Made by a program: the position numbers and the translations under genes. From Rhina ancylostomus (taxonomy: Eukaryota), in contig JARFYF010000112.1 in the NCBI GenBank assembly GCA_030265395.1, forward strand, positions 22,854,633 through 22,918,632: a stretch of 64,000 nt of DNA, given 5' to 3'. Under the pieces are notes generated by a model. That model saw nothing but the letters and a program-made list of their open reading frames with translations. It made no database searches and was not told the DNA's origin. The first letter of the stretch is position 1; each line of letters begins with the position of its first letter. This document shows, piece by piece, positions 37,290 to 49,285 of this stretch.

Positions 37290-38390
37290 GACATATAATG
37301 TAAATCGCAGGGCCTGAGGAACATTGATGTATAGAGAAAGCTTTGGTTGCAGGTCCAGAGCTCCCTCAAAGTGATGACATAGGTGGCTAGGGTGGCAAAA
37401 AAGGCATTTGATACACTTATCTTCATAAACTGAGGCACTGAGTATAAGAGCTGTGATGTCATGTTATAGTTATACAAACATTGATGGACTGCATTTAGTC
37501 CTGCGTACAGTTCTGGTCACCAGACTACAGGAAGGACATAGTGGCAATCGAGAGAGCGCAGAAGTGCTATACCAGGATATTCCCTGTAAAGGAGGCCTGT
37601 AATTATAGGGAGAGATTGGAAAGACTGGATTTATCTTCACTGAAATGTAGGAAGCTGAAGGGTGACCTTACAGAGGTTTACAAAATTATGAGGGGTAACG
37701 GTAGGATAGATAGTTAGAAACTTCTTCCCAAGGCAAGGAATTCTAGAACTAAAAGACACAGGTTTGAGTGAGCTGAGGTTGGGGGGGGGGGGGGGGGCGG
37801 AATATAAAGGAGATCTGAGGGGTAAGTTTTTAACACAGAGGGTGATGAATATTTGAAATAGTTGCCAGAGGAGGTAGTGGAAGCAAATACTATTACAGCA
37901 TTTAAAAGGCATTTGGATAGGTACTTGGATCGGAAAGGTGTAGTGGAATATGGTCCTATAAAAACATAGAAAACCTACAGCACAATTCAGGCCCTTCAGC
38001 CCACAAAACTGTGCCGAACATGTNNNNNNNNNNNNNNNNNNNNNNNNNNNNNNNNNNNNNNNNNNNNNNNNNNNNNNNNNNNNNNNNNNNNNNNNNNNNN
38101 NNNNNNNNNNNNNNNNNNNNNNNNNNNNNNNNNNNNNNNNNNNNNNNNNNNNNNNNNNNNNNNNNNNNNNNNNNNNNNNNNNNNNNNNNNNNNNNNNNNN
38201 NNNNNNNNNNNNNNNNNNNNNNNNNNNNNNNNNNNNNNNNNNNNNNNNNCTTGTGGCAACCATTTCAGCCCTGGGAAAAAACAATCATCCCAATGCAGAT
38301 AATGGGATTAGTGGAGATAGGTACTACAGTCGTACTGGGCCAAAGGGGCTTGTTTATGAGTTGGGCTTTTCTATGATTTTATAACTGTGA
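37290..38390 (+). mobile_element. CR1 LINE 3' portion with a nested minus-strand CR1 end (about 37960-38281)
   Basis: Decayed VQFWSPDYRKDIVAIERAQK...RKLKGDLTEVYKIMRG...LPEEVVEA..ITAFKRHLDRYL. Interrupted by AAACATAGAAAACCTACAGCACAATTCAGGCCCTTCAGCCCAC and a gap. The tail resumes to TTCTATGATTTTATAACTGTGA. Confidence 0.85.
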
Positions 38391-38927
38391 TAACCTGTCT
38401 CCTCAGAATCTGGATCTCTAGAGTGGATAACGTCAAAGTATGTCCATCAATATCATTCAGAAGTTATATGTGCACAGGGACAGCATCAGCCTGAAAGCAG
38501 GCCACATTTTCTTTGGTGTGGCAGTGAACATGCCTCCCTCCTGGCATATTATGCAGCAGTAGTTCAACTTCAACAGCTGTTAGAGCGAATAATTCCACCA
38601 GTCTGAAACTCATTCTTGCACATAGCAGGTCACCACATTCCTGTTGATGTGTTGTTCTTATTCCTTCAACCTTGAACAAAGGTTTCTGATACCTTGAACA
38701 CCATCTCAAAGCAGTCTAACATTTAATGTTGTACCTTTTGGCAGTGACCCATTCTGCTTCCATTCCCTTTAAGATCCTCGCAAAATGTTTCTTTTCTACA
38801 AAGCTGATTTTGTGGGTGTGAATAACTGTACAATTAAGGTTAAGCTGGAAAATGCAATTTTGAGTATCTTTCATCCTTTACAATAATCATTTATAATACA
38901 ACTTATCCTAAAAGTAAATGACAACCA

Positions 38928-39147
38928 CAAAAATACTGCAGATGCTGGAACTCTGAAATTAAAAAATGCCAGAAACACTCAACAGGTCAGATAGCATCTG
39001 CAGAAAGAAAAATTCAGAACTAACTTCTTTCCTCACTTTCCTTATGCTGATGAAGGGTCTTTGACCTAAAAATTTAACTCTATTTTTCTTTCCACAGATG
39101 CTGCCTGACCTGCTGAGTATTTCCAAGGTTTTATGTTTTAATTTCAC
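38928..39147 (-). mobile_element. PLE fold-back mini-insertion
   Basis: Inverted arms CACTCAACAGGTCAGATAGCATCTG / CAGATGCTGCCTGACCTGCTGAGTA. The right arm has CTGATGA-A-GGGTC-TTT-GACCT-AAAAA (GAAA lost). Confidence 0.75.
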
Positions 39148-39954
39148 GTACCCTAATATTCCTTTATTTGCTTCAATGTCAAAATTTGTTCAATTATCTT
39201 CATGTGCAGCTCTTTGGAAGGTTTCACTGTGGTAAAAATGCTTCCTAGACATTTTGTCTATAGGGTGCAAGGTGCTGCCTTTGATAATGGACTTAGTTGT
39301 ATCTGTGGCACTCCGTGAGTCTTTGTATTTGGTGGGGAGGATGAAGGATGGAACTGGCTGAACACTCATCTGGTGGGGACTGGGGAGGATAAAACCAGAG
39401 CCCTGTGTTTTAAGGGGTGAGAAGATTTGGAATTGGGAGTGGCAGTGAAGGTGGGGGCTATCACATCTTGGGGTAATGCAGTTCAGAGATTGAGAGATGA
39501 GCTGGAGATGATATTGGTGGGGTGTTAGGGCCGGGAGCTATCTGCTAAGGATTTTACATACTTCACAGGGTCCTAAATTGGCACTGTGGGAAAAATAAAA
39601 CAAGTTGCTCAAGAAATGTCCCAGACTCTGTATTCCAAGTTCCTGCAATGCTCCAACAGGGAATGATGTCGTCATCATGTGCAACCTTGCATCAGGTTGA
39701 AAGGGTGACTCTTTCACCCTGCATGATATACCTGGTTGAATTTTTCTTTTGACAAAAATGACCTGGAAATGGTTCCTATCATGCTTCACTCAAGGAAAAA
39801 CTGATTTTCAATTGCATAACACTGAAAATTAGTGCAATGCAATCGGATTTTTGTATAGCTATTTGGATGCAAACTTCTGTTGTGTTCATTGTCCTGAAAG
39901 TTAACTGATAAATCATGTCCATTCTACATGCCATAGAGTCATTCCTACCTTAAC

Positions 39955-40180
39955 AGTTGGACTCTCACCATTGAGTCATAAGGTCACAGTTCAAATTCCA
40001 CTCCAGAGACATAATTACCTAATCTAGTCTGGCATTTCAGAGCAGTACTGTGGATATGCCATTTCTCAGACAAGGTGATAAATCTGCCTGATCAGGTGGC
40101 TGCGTGAAATCCCATGGTACTATCTGAAACAAAGCCAGCGACCTATCCGAGACAATACTGATTTCTTAATCAACTTCACC
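39955..40180 (+). mobile_element. Deu-domain SINE (SacSINE1/AmnSINE-related)
   Basis: tRNA-like head GTTCAAATTCCACTCCAGAGAC...CAGTACTG, then TCTGCCTGATCAGGTGG...ATCCCATGGTACTAT, typical of the Deu domain. Confidence 0.6.
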
Positions 40181-41459
40181 GGGAAAGGAAAAGAGATTGA
40201 GCGAGTGTTTACTGCTACCAGCAAGAGGGAGGAATCCACTGCTTGTCACACTTGCTCTTGCTAGTTTAATTTCTATGAGCTTTCACAAAGTGAATTGTTG
40301 CAAAGATAAGACTTAAACAGTACAGTCTTCTATGCAAAGCATTTTAGGACGTGAAAACAAGGCAAGAGACAAAATACCCCCTCAAGACTTAAGAATTACC
40401 AATGAATAGAGCAGTCTGAAGCAGAAAGTACAGTTAAAATACTAAATTTGAATTAACAGAAACAAAGGAAAAATGAAGATAAAATTAATTTAATTATCTC
40501 TTTCAACAATCTCCAACAATTAAACTTTGAAGGGATGAGACTCCAACATGTAAAATTGAATGTTCAGTACAAGTCTTTTCACAGTACTTAAGGCATAATA
40601 AGAAGTTCAGAAGGCTAATTAGTTTGAAAAAGACAAGCTCTAACTTCTTTGACCAATTTAAGTTACATTCTTGATCTACATCTGGCAGTTCATACCATTC
40701 AATACTTTTGCACATGGATCCAAACTGCAAAATGATGGCCTTGAAATGTGATCTTGGAACATAATGGGGACATAATGTGAATTTCATTCTTGGTCATCCA
40801 GGGGACCTCAGACATGCACTATAGAGTCAAACATCATAGAAGGCAAGTCAAAATACAACATCAGTAAGTTTCAAATGTTGTTCGGTAACCCTGATCCTTC
40901 AATCATACATACAGAAGCAGATCTTCACTGGAGCTTGCTTCTGTGTAATCTGACAGGTGCAATCCTGATCAGCACTGGAAACTTGACTTATTTCAGTCCT
41001 TTTTATAGACTGTGACTACCTGACTCTCCTTCAGATCCCAGCGCCCCAACCCTTAACCCAAACTCATGACCTTTGCTTGCCCATCATCCAATGAACTGCC
41101 AGACTATCCTCAGAAACACCTTTGCCCACCCAAACACTGAAATCCTACCCTCTCCATCACTGAACCTCTTCCTCCTCCAAAACTAACTCTTTCTTGTGTG
41201 ATCCATTTAATTGTAGTTAGTAGGAGCACAGGCAATGTGGTTATGTTTGCTTGCATCAACACAGGTGCTGAAAAAGTGAAAGTTGATACAGAAATGCAAG
41301 TTCCTTCTTCTTTCACTTTTATATCAGAACTGAATGACAGAACCTAACCATAAGGTCGATTCTGGAATTTTATTTCTATGACATGGAAGAATGTATAAAA
41401 AGCCACAAGTATAATGGATAACAGCTTGTAAGAAAACAGATTGTATTTTGATTTATTGA

Positions 41460-41840
41460 ACATAGCCATCACTTCCATGTTAGCATTTATTTTCATCCCT
41501 CATTGACCACTGCCCTGAGAGACTTGCCAGGAAATTTCAGCGGCAAATAAGAGTCAACCACCTTATTCTGGGTTGGAAGTCAGATATAGGCCAGATAGGG
41601 TAAGCAGTAGCAAATTTCCTTCTCTGAAGGACATTAGTCAATCAGATGCGTCTTTAATATCAATAAGATTTTTATGACAGTTTCATGGATGACATTATTG
41701 ATGCTAGATTTAAAGTCAATTTCTTTCCATTACTTGAATTTAAATTCCTGAGCTACCATGAGGGAAATTTGACCTCACATCTCTGGATCAATGGTCCTTT
41801 CCTACGGATGTTAGTCTAGTAACAACCACTGTGCTGCTGT
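41460..41840 (-). mobile_element. Old tRNA-derived SINE
   Basis: AGCATTTATTTTCATCCCTCATTG...GCAAATTTCCTTCTCTGAAGGACATTAG...TTACTTGAATTTAAATTCC. Homologous to 34060-34372. Confidence 0.6.
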
Positions 41841-42989
41841 TCTAATATCATTTCACACTATTGGGAATTCTTGAATATCACCCAGCAAGGAGCAACCTGA
41901 TGTTAAATGGCTCCAAACCGGAACCTTTGTGCTAAATGATGACAACACAAAATGGTAACTGGAATAGACCATTTAACCCTCAAATATGTTTGTCCATTCA
42001 ATGAGATCATGACTGATCTGCAGACTAAGACTACATATATGTCTTTCTCCTTAGTAGTGAAGAACATAGAACTCTGTCTTAGAATTTTGCTATATTACTT
42101 GATTATTCGATTCAGTTTCATGCTGATAGTTGAATAAAGCATGCTGACAAAAGAGAAGAAAATATGGGTGCACACACATGCACACAAACACACACACTAT
42201 GATGCAAACACAAAATTAAAACATACAAATTCTTTTTTATCCTATTTTCTTCTTTGATTGATTGGAAAATTAACGAGCATATCTAGCATGTCCAGATCTA
42301 CACAGATCAAAGGGAATAATATCCACATTTAAAACCAAATGCTGGAATGATTTATTCACATTCACTTTACAGCAGAACTGAAAGAAATTGGTTGACTTCG
42401 CATTGGTCTGCTCCTGCATATAATCTACATGCCATAAGACTCTTCTCATCACTAATTTTCTTCCAAGAATCCACAACATATTTGTCTCAACCTATTAACC
42501 TTCAGCTTATGGCCACTTGGCACCAACCTATTCCCAACCCTTAGTCCCGCTATTGCTTACATGGGCACATATTAAAACCAACTGGCCACCTTCCCACTCA
42601 CACACTTGCACACTGACTGATACAGTGACCTCAACTTCACATTGTTCACATCCACCTTCCTAATATCTGTGATGAATTTTAAGATAAGGAGTCATGCAAA
42701 TCATTTAAAATGCACTAAAGTAACATGCACAGTGTAACCATCTATAATATAAAATAATTGACATTAGCATTACCATGATATTTATTGAAAGTAGATTTTT
42801 TCTCCAGTCACTCCCCTATTTGCAGACTGATGAATTGCATAGTTACTGACATCAGGCTGATTTTGTTCCTATTGCTTTTAGTTTGGCATCCCCCAACATA
42901 TGAATTTCTAAAAGATAGTTCATAACTAATGAACGATTGATTTCTTTTAAGAACTCAGTAAACTGAGTTGGACAACAGAATGTTCACAT

Positions 42990-43245
42990 ATAGTGGTGCA
43001 GCTAGTTAGATTTTCTCCCTGTGACTGCATAGATTTCCCAAGATACTCCAGTCTCTTTCTTCATCTCAAAGTTGTGTAGGTTGGGAAGTTAATTGGCTAC
43101 TGTAGTGTTGCCAGTTAGTGCAGGTGAGTGGTGGAATCTGGGGGAAGTTGATGAGAATGTGGGGAGAGCAGGTCAGTGGGAGAAGGGACTGTTTCATGTG
43201 CAGGCATAGAGTTGGTGCTCTGAATGGCCTCTTTTTGTGTCATAT
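42990..43245 (+). mobile_element. Degenerate HE1/V-SINE
   Basis: TTCTCCCTGTGACTGCATAGATTTCC..CTCCAGT..CATCTCAAAG..GTAGGTT..GTTAATTGGCTACTG..GAATGGCCTC. Confidence 0.6.
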
Positions 43246-43516
43246 ATTTACATGGACATTTAGAAGACATGCAGAAGTAGAGAAGGAGCATTCAGGATGG
43301 TATTTCAAATCCAAGCATTAGGAGCATATAGAACTCTGTACAAATGGCAGAAGGAATACTCAATTTACATCAGGCACCCCCTGCCTAATCTATAGAAGAG
43401 CCTATGGTTTCCACATTGGCCTTATTAGCCATATCAGAACGCAAAAAGCTGGAGTGGAGGAAAATCATCCTCATTTCCAAGGGACTGCCTAAGAAAAAAA
43501 AATCAAAAGCATATGG

Positions 43517-43763
43517 TGTCACAATGTTGATCCAGAGCAAACTCACAGAGAACCCAAATGCGGCACACTGATACAAGACTGGAGTCAGGNNNNNNNNNNN
43601 NNNNNNNNNNNNNNNNNNNNNNNNNNNNNNNNNNNNNNNNNNNNNNNNNNNNNNNNNNNNNNNNNNNNNNNNNNNNNNNNNNNNNNNNNAGCATGGAATC
43701 CATGTGCTGGACAACAAGGCATTAATGGAGCCAAATTGAGGACCAGAACTCAGAACCATGACA
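43517..43763 (-). mobile_element. Solo LTR (contains a gap)
   Basis: TGTCA...TGACA termini and 5-bp TSD TATGG (43512-43516, 43764-43768). Same family as 30871-30935. Confidence 0.75.
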
Positions 43764-43769
43764 TATGGA

Positions 43770-44130
43770 ATAACTTGATCAAGATAATGGGGGGAGTTTA
43801 TAGTGGAAACTACTTCAGCTACCTGTGGAGTCTAGGTCAATGGGACATAGTCCAAGACTGAGGGCCAGCTCCTTCATGAGTGCTTGGTAAACATTTCTGT
43901 ACACAGAAAGTGCCAGAAATCTGAAACTCTCTTCTGCAAATGACAAATAACGCTCAGTGAAACAACTGAAATCGATAGAGTTTTGGTAATCTAAGGTATT
44001 AGATTACTGAAAATCCATATTCTTGTGTTTAAAACTATCACTAAAGGGAAAAGTTAGTTTATAGGTGTTAGGTCACAAGTCAACCATGATATGATTAAAT
44101 GGTGGGAGAGTCTCAAGTTCCAATATTCCT
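43770..44130 (+). mobile_element. Old CR1 3' end
   Basis: GGAGTCTAGG..GGGACATAGTC...GAAACTCTCTTCTGCAAA...GTCAACCATGATATGATTAAATGGTGG, a CR1 tail type. Confidence 0.55.
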
Positions 44131-44479
44131 AAGATCTGATTCAAAGCTGTACAAATTGCATTAGGTTACAGACTGAGGAATTTGTCATCAGTTAGTGCTG
44201 GGATATTTTATTTGTCTGTTCAACGCTGTTAGATAGCACAACTAAAACACCAGCTACTCAATTCTTAGGGAAATCAAACACAATGAAGCAATGGTAATGT
44301 AACATGCATATCATTTTGTATGGTTATAGTATGTAAATTAAAGCAGCCAATAATTGGAAAATTCTCATCAGAAACTCATAAGATTCTTCAAAGACCATCA
44401 TGTGGAGCGAAAGAAAGAATTAATTGAATACAGCCTTTCCTTAACTTCTATGAGGATTACTAAAGGAAAATAAAGAAAC

Positions 44480-45010
44480 AGAAAGAACCAGCTTATCATC
44501 ATGGAGTGTTTTTCACAGCTTTGAGATGTTCCAAGCTACTTTAATACTTTCAACGTTGTTGTACTGTCAGCATTGTGTCAGTGGAAATTCCCACTAAAAG
44601 CTATACTGTAAATGTGCAGTTAATCAACAGATAACTGAGACACTACCTCCCTTAACAGAGATGTGTGGTTTTTGTTGTCGTATTAGCATTAACCCACAAT
44701 TATCGTCATACAATTCGGGTGAATANNNNNNNNNNNNNNNNNNNNNNNNNNNNNNNNNNNNNNNNNNNNNNNNNNNNNNNNNNNNNNNNNNNNNNNNNNN
44801 NNNNNNNNNNNNNNNNNNNNNNNNNTATAAAATATTTGCCCTGCTGTTCCTCAACTACTACCCTGGAATCTGTTACATCGAGAGTAAAAGATGGCTCCTC
44901 TGACTCTGCAGCAGTCCTTCACTGCTGCATTTAAATGCCAGTCCAGATTTTGCACTCAAGCTTGAATCCATAATCTTCTTACCCAGAGGTAAAAATATTT
45001 TAAACTGAAC
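44480..45010 (-). mobile_element. Deu-domain SINE remnants
   Basis: GGCTCCTCTGACTCTGCAGCAGTCCTTCACTGCTGCAT..GCCAGTCCAGATTTTGCACTCAAG..TTGAATCCATAATCTTCTTACCCAGAGG is the reverse of the head seen at 39955. Confidence 0.5.
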
Positions 45011-47689
45011 AGTTCTTTTCAGTTTGGACATCAATTTTTAATTTATTTCTTACAACTGAGAAAAAATTATCCTTAGTCTTTCTTAATGAAAACAAGGTTT
45101 AGAAATTCAAAGGGCATCTGACAAAATATAACACAACTGTTTTTAATTTGAATTGCGGTAAGGACAGGTCTTCATTAAAACATGTCCAATTTTTTTGTGC
45201 TCTTCCATTGATAAGAAGAATCACATGGTTTGGGATGCCAATCAAAAAATCCACTGCAAAAACAGTCAAGGAAAGTGTATATCATCAATATAAATTGCAG
45301 TTGCAAAGGGAATAGATTTGATGGTGATCTTACTCATAGGCTGTCTTTTATAAGATTTAAGGTAAAAAGGAAATGTTAAATGATTCCTGTTTACATATTT
45401 CAAATAATGATATTCTAATCATATCAACACCTACTACATAATTTTAAGATAGAAGTAATGCTGTGAAGAAAACGAAACAGCTTAGAAGGGAAGATGAAGC
45501 TTGTACAATTACATATCATTATCTCACATTTTATAGCAAATTGTGCACTTCTATGCAATCAAGGGTTATAAAGGGCCAATTTCAATTAACGAGCACAAAA
45601 GAAACATAGCGATTAGCTGAAGTTCAACTGTACTAGCAGCCAAAAATTTCCTGTCAAGAAAAATGANNNNNNNNNNNNNNNNNNNNNNNNNNNNNNNNNN
45701 NNNNNNNNNNNNNNNNNNNNNNNNNNNNNNNNNNNNNNNNNNNNNNACCAGCTTTAATTGCATACTTCTTGCTTTTAAAGCAAACTCACCCCACCGGACT
45801 GTTAGTTCTTGCAAGATTTGAGCTGGCTATTCACAAGAAGGAGTGAGTAGCAAGTGATTTGCTCCAAAGCCATGCAAAAAAAAAGCTTCAAGAAACACGT
45901 CGATGGCATATGCAGAGAGAATGGAAAAGGGATAGAAAATTAGTAATCCAGCAGCCAGCTTCCCTTACTGTCATTAATCATGCTGCTTCTCAGAACTACA
46001 ATGGAAGCTTATGGAAGGGTGGGGATCTTACACTATTGGTTGACTCAGCTCTTTCCAATATAAGCCAGCCAATCCTTTTGCCTCGAGATATAAATAACTG
46101 GGAAGCAGTAACGAAATATAAAAGATGAAGAATCCCAATTGCAGATTGAAGCAGTATTCAGTCTGAATAATACACTGTAAACTTTATTTGAGTTGACTTC
46201 TGATGTGAACCGCTTGCAAGAGGGTCACTGATCGCTGAATAATTCCACCCCCAAATCACACCATAATCGAATTGCAGCCTATTTCCCCAACTATAATGAA
46301 AAAGGCAACCTAAATAATGCAGGTAATGTCGCTGGTCTCCCTTCAACTGTTGTACATTATTACTGATGACTGCTATCCTGCATTTCTGCTGTACTGTAAC
46401 AATGAATATATTTCACAGTTCACTTGGTTTACTGTGTGGGTGGTATAGAATAGACACCTCCACGCAACAAAATGAAATATAAAAATGCAGGCTTTTTAAC
46501 TGAGTAATGCATCTAACATCCCACTGATGAGGAAGTAGATTTTCACAGTTACACTATTTGCAAAAATAAACTAAAAAAGCAATTTTTTCTTCTCTTTTTG
46601 GTCTCTTATGATTGTCATGTGTAAGAACAGAATATAATATCTGAAATATATGTTGTAACTTTCCAAGTAACATTCATGAAATTATTGATTTTTATGCCTT
46701 ATAATCAGAAATCAGTGCTTTCAATTTTTTATCAAATAAAGATCATCAAAGTTATAACAAGTGCTGATTCCATTATCATTGTGCACTAATAACTGGTGGA
46801 AAATCTATTTGAATTAGATTTGAATTAACTAAAATTCACAGCTATTTTCAAGACTTAAAATCATATTTAGAAAGATAAATTCGGAAGTTAAATGTACATG
46901 GACCTTATTTCCCCCAAGTGAAAGATAACTCGTCTAAAAATTAAGCCAGTTTGTTCACTAAAGCACCCACTTGGAATCTCCAGCACAGACGAGAAAACTT
47001 CAATCAAAAAATGGCACTTATAATATCTGAGAGTGGATTTTAATAATTAAAAACCTTTCAGAGGAAATCCATAAACATTTTTTTATACTTACCTGTGAAT
47101 TTTAAAAGGTGTTGCTCATTTCGAAAGGCTGCCATGTTTGTGCAGCATTTAAACTAGGTAGAACTCACAACTATGAAGTGATACACATCAATTATTTTCA
47201 CTAATTTCAAATGTTGAAAAGTGAAATGTTGATATTTAAAAAAACAATTTTGCTGAACAATTTGAAAAGCAAACTTGTTTGTTATAGCTTGGAAGTTCCT
47301 GACTTGAAAGAATTAATAAGTATAATATTTTAACTCAAATTAACATAGCCCTGAATGAACTTCCATCTTCCTCTACTTTCATTCCTTTCTCCTTTCAAGC
47401 CATCTATTAGCTCTTCTTTTCCATGAGGTCTACCTCTGGCACTTTAGCCTTATTGCCACTGAATAGCTCATTCACACACATTGATATTGGGAACATTCTC
47501 CCTTCTCAGATACTTCCATTATATCTGCTGTCATCAACTCTCTTCACAAAAAAATCCTTGATATTTCTTCTCTTACAAACTATTGTGCTCTCTCCACCCT
47601 TTCTGTCATCATTAAAGTCCTTGAACTCCCAAATTAGTGGTATTTCTTGTCTGAATCCCACCAGTTTTCCATAACATCAATGTGATTTT

Positions 47690-48360
47690 TATCTGTATTT
47701 AATGATATCATATGTGATTTTGGCAAAGACAATCTATTTCTCTACATCCTTCTCAACCCTTCTGTCACCACTAACATGATTGAACCAACATTCTCCCGGA
47801 TGCTCATTGTNNNNNNNNNNNNNNNNNNNNNNNNNCGGCTTTCATTCTCATCTATCTAGCTGCAGACAGAGAATCGCCAGTAATGACTAATTTTCTCACT
47901 CTTGCACTGTTATTTCCAGTGTCTCCAAAGACTTGTCTTTAGCTTTCTCCTTATTAGGCCATCGGCAACAACACCTGAGAAATGGCTGATTTCTCTGTTT
48001 GTTTCTCAGCCTGTTTGTGAGAGAGAGCATCTTCACAAACTCATCGCCAGGTCAAGTAATGCCAAACAATGGCTCCATTTTAAAATTCTTATTCCTGCTT
48101 TCAAATCACTCTATGGTCTCACCCTTCCTACCTCTGTAACTTTCTCCAGTTCTCTGCCCTCCTCCAACTTTAGTCCCAGATATAAAAACTCCACGATTAA
48201 CAGCTGGGCCTTTAGTTGCCAGGGTCATAACCTCTGGAATTCTCCCCCTCAGACAGATAAGTTAAAGGGGAAAATTCCCAAGTTTATGAACCTGGCAGCT
48301 GAAGGACACTCCTTAAATCCAACTTCTTCAACTCTGCTTTTGCTTATCTGCCCTGATGGC
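47690..48360 (+). mobile_element. L2 LINE RT/3' remnant
   Basis: Decayed VFNDIICDFGKDNLFLYILLN (cf. VTNDIL..D.G.LSLLILLDLS), FHSHLS..RQRI and KQWLHFKILIPAFKSLYGL. Confidence 0.7.
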
Positions 48361-49194
48361 CTAGAATTTCCTTGGCAGCTATAAAATATTGCTAAAAAGC
48401 CACTGTACAGAAGACCTGGAGCTGTTTTAGTCACAGGGTTTCTACTTGGAAATATAATGACACCTGAGGCCCACTGAATTGTGCACAGAGGAGGCCTTAC
48501 AGCAGTGCGGAGTGTAGCGTGCAAAGAAAATAGGACATGTGAGGCCAGGATCAGGGACACTGGATTGTCTGGGGGGTGAGGCGTGAAGGTTACAGATCAA
48601 TAGAAGGGTTCCGGGAAAACATCAGTAATTGGTGATTAGTGGTAGCGAGGCCTGCAATCGCTGATTGAAAGTGGTAATCAATGAGCCAGGGAATTGTGAT
48701 CTTTACTGGGTAAGGGGCAAGGATAAGGTTTAGAGGCTGGGTTGAATGACTGGTGGATTTGTGGGTAGTTTGTGAGCTTGCAATGAAAAGAGGCAGTCAC
48801 AGCTAATACAGGTAAGTTAATTAATTAATTAATTGGGAGTTAGCTAGGTTGGAATCCTGGTGCTGGGCTGAGATCTTCTCAGGAAGATCTCTCTTTAAGT
48901 TGTGTTGAAGTAATCTTCATGGTTGAAGAATGCTCCAATCTGAACAAAAAAGTTTGTAAGTGGCATCCAGACTTGCATATCTTTGGACGCTATTATGCAT
49001 CTCATGGGTCCTTTATGCATTATGTGTGAAAGGCACTGAGGAAGCCAGAGTAACAATTGTAGACTTCACAACCCATATGGTAAGTCTCTGATTTTCATTC
49101 ATATTTTATTTTCCATAGAAATTGGATCTCACAGCACACAAAATGTGGCACTCTGCGATCCCATTTCTAGGCAAGCATCTCCTTCTGCAGTACG

Positions 49195-49285
49195 ATGTCA
49201 AATTTTGCTTGTTAATGCTTCTGTGAAGCACTTTGAGGGATTACTAAAAGTCATTATATAAACACATTATTCTTGCTGTTGTTAT
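49195..49285 (+). mobile_element. L2-type 3' tail
   Basis: TGTCAAATTTTG..ATGCTTCTGTGAAGCACTTTGAGG..TACTAAAAGTCATTATATAAAC..GCTGTTGTT. Confidence 0.55.

Noticed and set aside
47085-47095. ATACTTACCTG, identical to the 5' end of U1 snRNA
   Set aside because: The following sequence does not match U1. It is the reverse complement of a splice donor.
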